Origin: Callorhinchus milii
Taxonomy: Eukaryota
Length of the DNA: 64,000 nt
Direction: 5' to 3'
Assembly: GCF_018977255.1 (NCBI RefSeq)
Contig: NW_024704742.1
Span: forward strand, 82,214,001 to 82,278,000
Part shown: piece by piece, positions 63,826 through 64,000 of the stretch
How the letters are laid out: every line of letters begins with the position of its first letter
Position numbering within the stretch: position 1 is the stretch's first letter
Position numbers and translations under genes: made by a program
The notes under the pieces: generated by a model
Told to the model about the DNA's origin: nothing
What the model saw: only the letters and a program-made list of their open reading frames with translations
Database searches by the model: none

Positions 63826-64000
63826 GGAGTCCTGTAGCTCAGTGGTTAGCGCACTCACCTCGCAAGCGAGAGACCTGGGTTTGATTCCTGGCAGGGTGAA
63901 ACCATGGGCAAATTTCCGTACTCCACAAATCTGATAATAATCCCTCAAGATGAAAAAAACAATAAAATTTGGTCACTCAATCCACGACTGTTTGTGGGAC
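63826..64000 (+). mobile_element. Young SINE, cut by the window end
   Basis: ggagtcctgtagctcagtgg head and body. Confidence 0.9.

Noticed and set aside
1..64000. CRISPR array, operon or other prokaryotic system
   Set aside because: Eukaryotic repeat-rich DNA; repeats are dispersed retroelements, not regularly spaced arrays.

Overview
Vertebrate genomic DNA, AT-rich and CpG-depleted. The repeat content (SacSINE1-type DeuSINEs, CR1 with ATTCTATG tails, L2, Penelope-like elements) suggests a cartilaginous fish, possibly a chimaera; this is inference. I found no host protein-coding gene, rRNA, true tRNA or CRISPR array, so the window looks like a gene desert or a large intron. All recognisable ORFs are retrotransposon remnants. 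Main components: (1) about 10 copies of a young tRNA-derived SINE with a CORE-like segment, a DeuSINE-like 3' body and an L2 tail; (2) about 10 older DeuSINEs and many isolated tails; (3) L2 LINEs, including a 3.3 kb degenerate copy with endonuclease and RT; (4) CR1 LINEs, including a young copy lacking the RT core; (5) Penelope-like remnants carrying minimal type I hammerhead ribozyme motifs, one as a 140-bp element with a 13-bp TSD; (6) an unclassified ~250-bp repeat in three copies; (7) a perfect 24-bp hairpin and several repeat-free islands that may be conserved non-coding elements. The most notable signals are the hammerhead-bearing elements and the modular SINE/L2 system with a covarying 3' stem-loop. 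Boundaries of old repeats are approximate, read by eye.
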